From Candidatus Bathyarchaeota archaeon (GTDB lineage: Archaea > Thermoproteota > Bathyarchaeia > 40CM-2-53-6 > RBG-13-38-9), in assembly GCA_963807605.1 (NCBI GenBank), contig CAWECG010000004.1:192001-256000 (forward strand): a DNA stretch of 64,000 nucleotides. The letters run 5' to 3'. The translations under genes were made by a program, and so were the position numbers. The notes beneath the pieces were generated by a model. It saw only the letters and a program-made list of their open reading frames with translations, did not search any database and was not told the DNA's origin. Each line of letters begins with the position of its first letter. Position 1 is the first letter of the stretch. Positions 60,729-64,000 of this stretch are shown here, piece by piece.

Positions 60729-61070
60729 GTGTGGCCAGAACTTTTCACTTCACTTCCCTTTGTATTCATGGTCTCTCTTGTGACTTCACTTCTGCTCTAT
60801 TGGTATGGCGGCAGAATATCTCCTAAAGTTGCAAAGAGCCCTGGTAAGCTTTCCCAATATGCTTGTGGCGAAGAGATGCCCGCTCAGAAGCTCCAAGTAA
60901 ACGTTGAACGTTTCTTCATCTATGCCGTTTACTTCCTTGTCTTTGATATCCTCGCATTTATGTTGGCAACAAGCCTTGGTAGCCCAGGATTCATGCCTGC
61001 GCTTTATGCCACTATCACGCTTCTTGCCGTAGTTCTTCTCCTCCCAATGCTGAAGAGTCGCATAGGCTGA
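60729..61070 (+). CDS. NuoA-like membrane subunit of a group-4 hydrogenase complex
   Basis: Three TM helices; YACGE loop; FFIYAVYFLVFD. Confidence 0.8.
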   Translation: MWPELFTSLPFVFMVSLVTSLLLYWYGGRISPKVAKSPGKLSQYACGEEMPAQKLQVNVERFFIYAVYFLVFDILAFMLATSLGSPGFMPALYATITLLAVVLLLPMLKSRIG

Positions 61071-61076
61071 ATCCAG

Positions 61077-61499
61077 ATGAATCTCGTAAAATGGTCTAGG
61101 CTAAAGTCTCCGTGGGTATTTCACTTCAATGCTGGCGGATGTAATGGCTGTGACATTGAGATCCTGGCCGCCCTCACCCCAAGATACGACATAGAAAGAT
61201 TTGGAATGATCCTGCGGGGAAGTCCTCGCCACGCAGATGTAATGTTGGTTACCGGAACAGTGACGAGGCAGATCTACAAAAGACTCAAGAGAATATACGA
61301 ACAGATGCCCGATCCAAAGTTCACATTGGCGCTTGGTAACTGCGCTTGCACAGGAGGAGTCTTTCAACAATGCTACAACGTTCACCAGGGAGTAGATAGT
61401 GTGATTCCGGTAGATGTCTACATTCCAGGTTGTCCGCCCAGACCTCAAGCAATCATAGACGGGGCCGTCAAACTACTTCAGAAGATTTCGAATAGCTGA
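61077..61499 (+). CDS. Group-4 [NiFe]-hydrogenase small subunit (NuoB-like)
   Basis: GCNGCDIE, SPRHAD, GNCACTGG, VDVYIPGCPPRP. Confidence 0.92.
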   Translation: MNLVKWSRLKSPWVFHFNAGGCNGCDIEILAALTPRYDIERFGMILRGSPRHADVMLVTGTVTRQIYKRLKRIYEQMPDPKFTLALGNCACTGGVFQQCYNVHQGVDSVIPVDVYIPGCPPRPQAIIDGAVKLLQKISNS

Positions 61500-61506
61500 T
61501 GACAAT

Positions 61507-62001
61507 ATGTCGGAGACATCCAAAGAGCAAGAGATAGTTGAAAACCTCAAGGCTAGACTTGGCCAAAGCCTCCTTGATGTTCGAATTCAGAGACCACGAC
61601 GTATCTTCGCAACAGTGTCACAAGCCGTCCTCCTAGAAACTATCGGTTTCTTGTCAAAAGAATGCGGCCTGCGTCATCTTGCAGCTATTACTGGGATCGA
61701 TTTGGGGAATGATATAGGTGTGTACTACCATCTTCGAGACCAAACGATTACGTTTAACCTTAAGGTCACTACTCCAAAGACCGACCCCAAACTCCCAACA
61801 ATTCTACCCATGATCCCCGGTGCAGTGCTCTATGAAAGAGAGATCCATGACCTATTCGGAGTGGTCTTTGAAGGCCATCCAGACCTATCACCTGTTATCC
61901 TTCCGGAGGGCTGGCCCAAGGCCGTCTATCCTTTGAGGAAGGAATGGAAGACAGCTGCAATAATGGCAGAAGTTGCCAAGGCAGAGCTCGATGGGATATG
62001 A
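61507..62001 (+). CDS. NuoC-like subunit
   Basis: ITGID, YEREIHDLFG..FEGHP, YPLRK. Confidence 0.9.
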   Translation: MSETSKEQEIVENLKARLGQSLLDVRIQRPRRIFATVSQAVLLETIGFLSKECGLRHLAAITGIDLGNDIGVYYHLRDQTITFNLKVTTPKTDPKLPTILPMIPGAVLYEREIHDLFGVVFEGHPDLSPVILPEGWPKAVYPLRKEWKTAAIMAEVAKAELDGI

Positions 62002-63173
62002 GCGAATCAACATTCTCAATACCTGTTGGCCCCCAGCACCCAGCGCTCAAGGAGCCAGAGAACCTTACATTCACCGTGGACGGTGAACGCGTTGTCGATG
62101 TGAAGATTAGGCTGGGATACGTTCACAGGGGCGGAGAGAAAGCCTTCGAATCCAGAACTTACGTTCAAGGGCTATATCTCGTGGAAAGAATCTGTGGCAT
62201 CTGTGCGATGGCGCACCAACTCTGCTACGTCAACAACATTGAATCACTGATTGGTGCAGATATCCCGAGAAGAGCGGAGTATATTCGAACGATAATTTCC
62301 GAGCTGGAGAGAATTCACAGTCATCTCCTCTGGGTAGGTGTAGCCGGCCATGAGATAGGTTGGGACACGCTCTTCATGTATGCTTGGCGCGACCGTGAAG
62401 TAGTGCTTGACCTCATGGAACTCACGACTGGAAACAGAGTCCTCCACGCCATGAATACAATAGGTGGGGTGAGGCGCGACTTGACATCAGAAATGGTTGA
62501 CAAGATCAAGAAAGGAATGAGACACCTGGAAGAGCGCACGAGATACTACAAAACAATGATCCCTAAGGAAAGGACCCTCATGAAGAGGGCAGTTGGGGTT
62601 GGAGTACTAAGACCCCAAGACGCGGTCGCCTTGTGTGCCGTTGGGCCTACTCTGAGGGCAAGTGGGATAAAGAGAGATGTGAGGCGCGACGACCCGTATT
62701 CTGCTTATGATGAGATTCCATTTGAAGTCATCAGTTACGATGGCTGTGATGTGGCCGCCAGATTCCTTGTAAGGATTGACGAGTTGTTGGAATCTATAAA
62801 GATAGTCGATTATGCCCTAGAACATCTGCCATCTGGCCCTATTGGGATACGCTTGCCTAGGGCTGTTCCCGCTGGAGAAAACGTCAGCATCGTCGAAGCG
62901 CCAAGAGGTGAAGACCTACACTACCTAAAATCCAATGGAACGGATAAGCCAGAACGCTATAAGGTTAGAGCCCCGACCCTTGCCAATTGGCCTTCCGTGG
63001 CAACAATGATCAAAGGAGGCTACGTTGCAGACATACCGATAGTTCTAGCGGCAATAGATCCGTGCATGAGTTGCACTGACAGAATGACGTTTATTGACAT
63101 GAACTCGATGAAGAGCTGGCAGTGGACTCGTGATCAACTTAGAAGGTACTCGTTAAGATGGCGTGGCAAGTAG
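61998..63173 (+). CDS. Group-4 [NiFe]-hydrogenase large subunit (NuoD-like)
   Basis: GPQHP, HRG, Ni-binding RICGIC and DPCMSCTDR plus C-terminal extension. Start placed at ATG 61998. Confidence 0.93.
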   Translation: MSESTFSIPVGPQHPALKEPENLTFTVDGERVVDVKIRLGYVHRGGEKAFESRTYVQGLYLVERICGICAMAHQLCYVNNIESLIGADIPRRAEYIRTIISELERIHSHLLWVGVAGHEIGWDTLFMYAWRDREVVLDLMELTTGNRVLHAMNTIGGVRRDLTSEMVDKIKKGMRHLEERTRYYKTMIPKERTLMKRAVGVGVLRPQDAVALCAVGPTLRASGIKRDVRRDDPYSAYDEIPFEVISYDGCDVAARFLVRIDELLESIKIVDYALEHLPSGPIGIRLPRAVPAGENVSIVEAPRGEDLHYLKSNGTDKPERYKVRAPTLANWPSVATMIKGGYVADIPIVLAAIDPCMSCTDRMTFIDMNSMKSWQWTRDQLRRYSLRWRGK

Positions 63174-64000
63174 CACTATTTGATCTGTTTAGCGTCATTA
63201 TCTATCCAGGTATAGTCTTCCTCATCGCCCTAGCACTACTCTACGAGTGGGTAGACCGAAGATACTTTGCGAAGCTGCAGAACAGGTACGGTCCGATCTA
63301 CACTGGTCCAAGAGGAATCCTTCAACCTTTGGCCGATCTAATAAAACTTCTAGCTAAAGAAGACATAGAACCATCAGCAGTGGACAGACCTATCTTTAGG
63401 GCAGTCCCGATACTGATTTTGACACTGCCACTAACAGCTCTATTCATGATCCCGATTACAGGAACTTCTGCTCTGGTTTCGTTCGAGGGCGATCTCATCT
63501 TCATAATATTCCTCATGACATTGGTCGCAGTCCTAGCCTTTCTCGGAGGATGGGGTTCAACGAATGTGTTCAGCACTCTAGGAGGAATGAGGGTAGCGTT
63601 TCAAACACTCGGATACGAAGTCCCGATGGCCATCTCCTTCATGGGCCCAGCCATTTTGGCAGGTTCACTTTCAATAAGCAAGATCGTCCAGTGGCAATCC
63701 TCGCAGGGTCTCTGGGCCATTTTGTTCAACCCGATTGGTTTCGGAATAGTAATCGCAGCCTCACTGGCGGAGCTTGAACGAATTCCGTTCGACATCCCCG
63801 AAGCCGAGACAGAGATAGTGGCTGGTTGGCAGACAGAATTCAGCGGAAGAAAGCTAGCCTTGATTAGATTAACCCTCGACATTGAGTTGGTACTGGCATC
63901 CGGTTTGATCACAGCGCTCTTCCTCGGAGGGCCGACAGGTCCAATACCCTTTGTACCTGGAATCATCTGGTTCATCATCAAGACTCTGGTAATAGTCTTG
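63158..64000 (+). CDS. NuoH-like membrane subunit (partial, runs off the window)
   Basis: Translated from sequence: WVDRRYFAKLQNRYGP...GILQPLADLIKLLAKE...RIPFDIPEAETEIVAGWQTEFSG. Confidence 0.9.
   Translation, partial: MAWQVALFDLFSVIIYPGIVFLIALALLYEWVDRRYFAKLQNRYGPIYTGPRGILQPLADLIKLLAKEDIEPSAVDRPIFRAVPILILTLPLTALFMIPITGTSALVSFEGDLIFIIFLMTLVAVLAFLGGWGSTNVFSTLGGMRVAFQTLGYEVPMAISFMGPAILAGSLSISKIVQWQSSQGLWAILFNPIGFGIVIAASLAELERIPFDIPEAETEIVAGWQTEFSGRKLALIRLTLDIELVLASGLITALFLGGPTGPIPFVPGIIWFIIKTLVIVL

Noticed and set aside
2180-63981. Numerous 60-150 aa ORFs antisense to or nested within the assigned genes
   Set aside because: Shadow ORFs of well-supported genes, with no independent motifs

Overview
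This is a 64-kb archaeal chromosome segment. A TACK-lineage host, most plausibly Bathyarchaeia, is inferred from the gins23-mcm-hel308 operon, the BHB multi-intron tRNA and the group-4 [NiFe] hydrogenase. Core content: a split (GltB1/B2/B3) glutamate synthase operon with a CooF-like Fe-S protein and a flavoprotein, facing a tandem Lrp-like regulator; scrambled A-type ATPase membrane/stalk genes (two subunit-C paralogues, K, I, H, E and an AtpZ/AtpI-like protein; no A, B, D or F); hypFCBA-D...E; asnB-like, purB, hel308, mcm, gins, nfnAB, a stand-alone FMN glutamate-synthase-like gene and rfcS/L; a PIN toxin-antitoxin pair; tRNA-processing genes; prs, guaA; and the start of a complex-I-ordered [NiFe] hydrogenase operon. 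Two features stand out, and neither appears in the ORF track. (1) A tRNA-Pro(GGG) gene at 32105-32246 (-) is interrupted by four BHB-type introns, leaving the anticodon on a 7-nt micro-exon. (2) An accessory island between hypD and hypE (~21.6-29.3 kb) has its genes and gene fragments punctuated by about 11 copies of a modular site (core CTCACCAG[C/A]TAAGG, CACACACA arms, and a tRNA-3'-end-like left module). This suggests a site-specific cassette/recombination system whose recombinase is not in the window. Several core genes carry single homopolymer indels or in-frame stops that are most likely sequencing errors.
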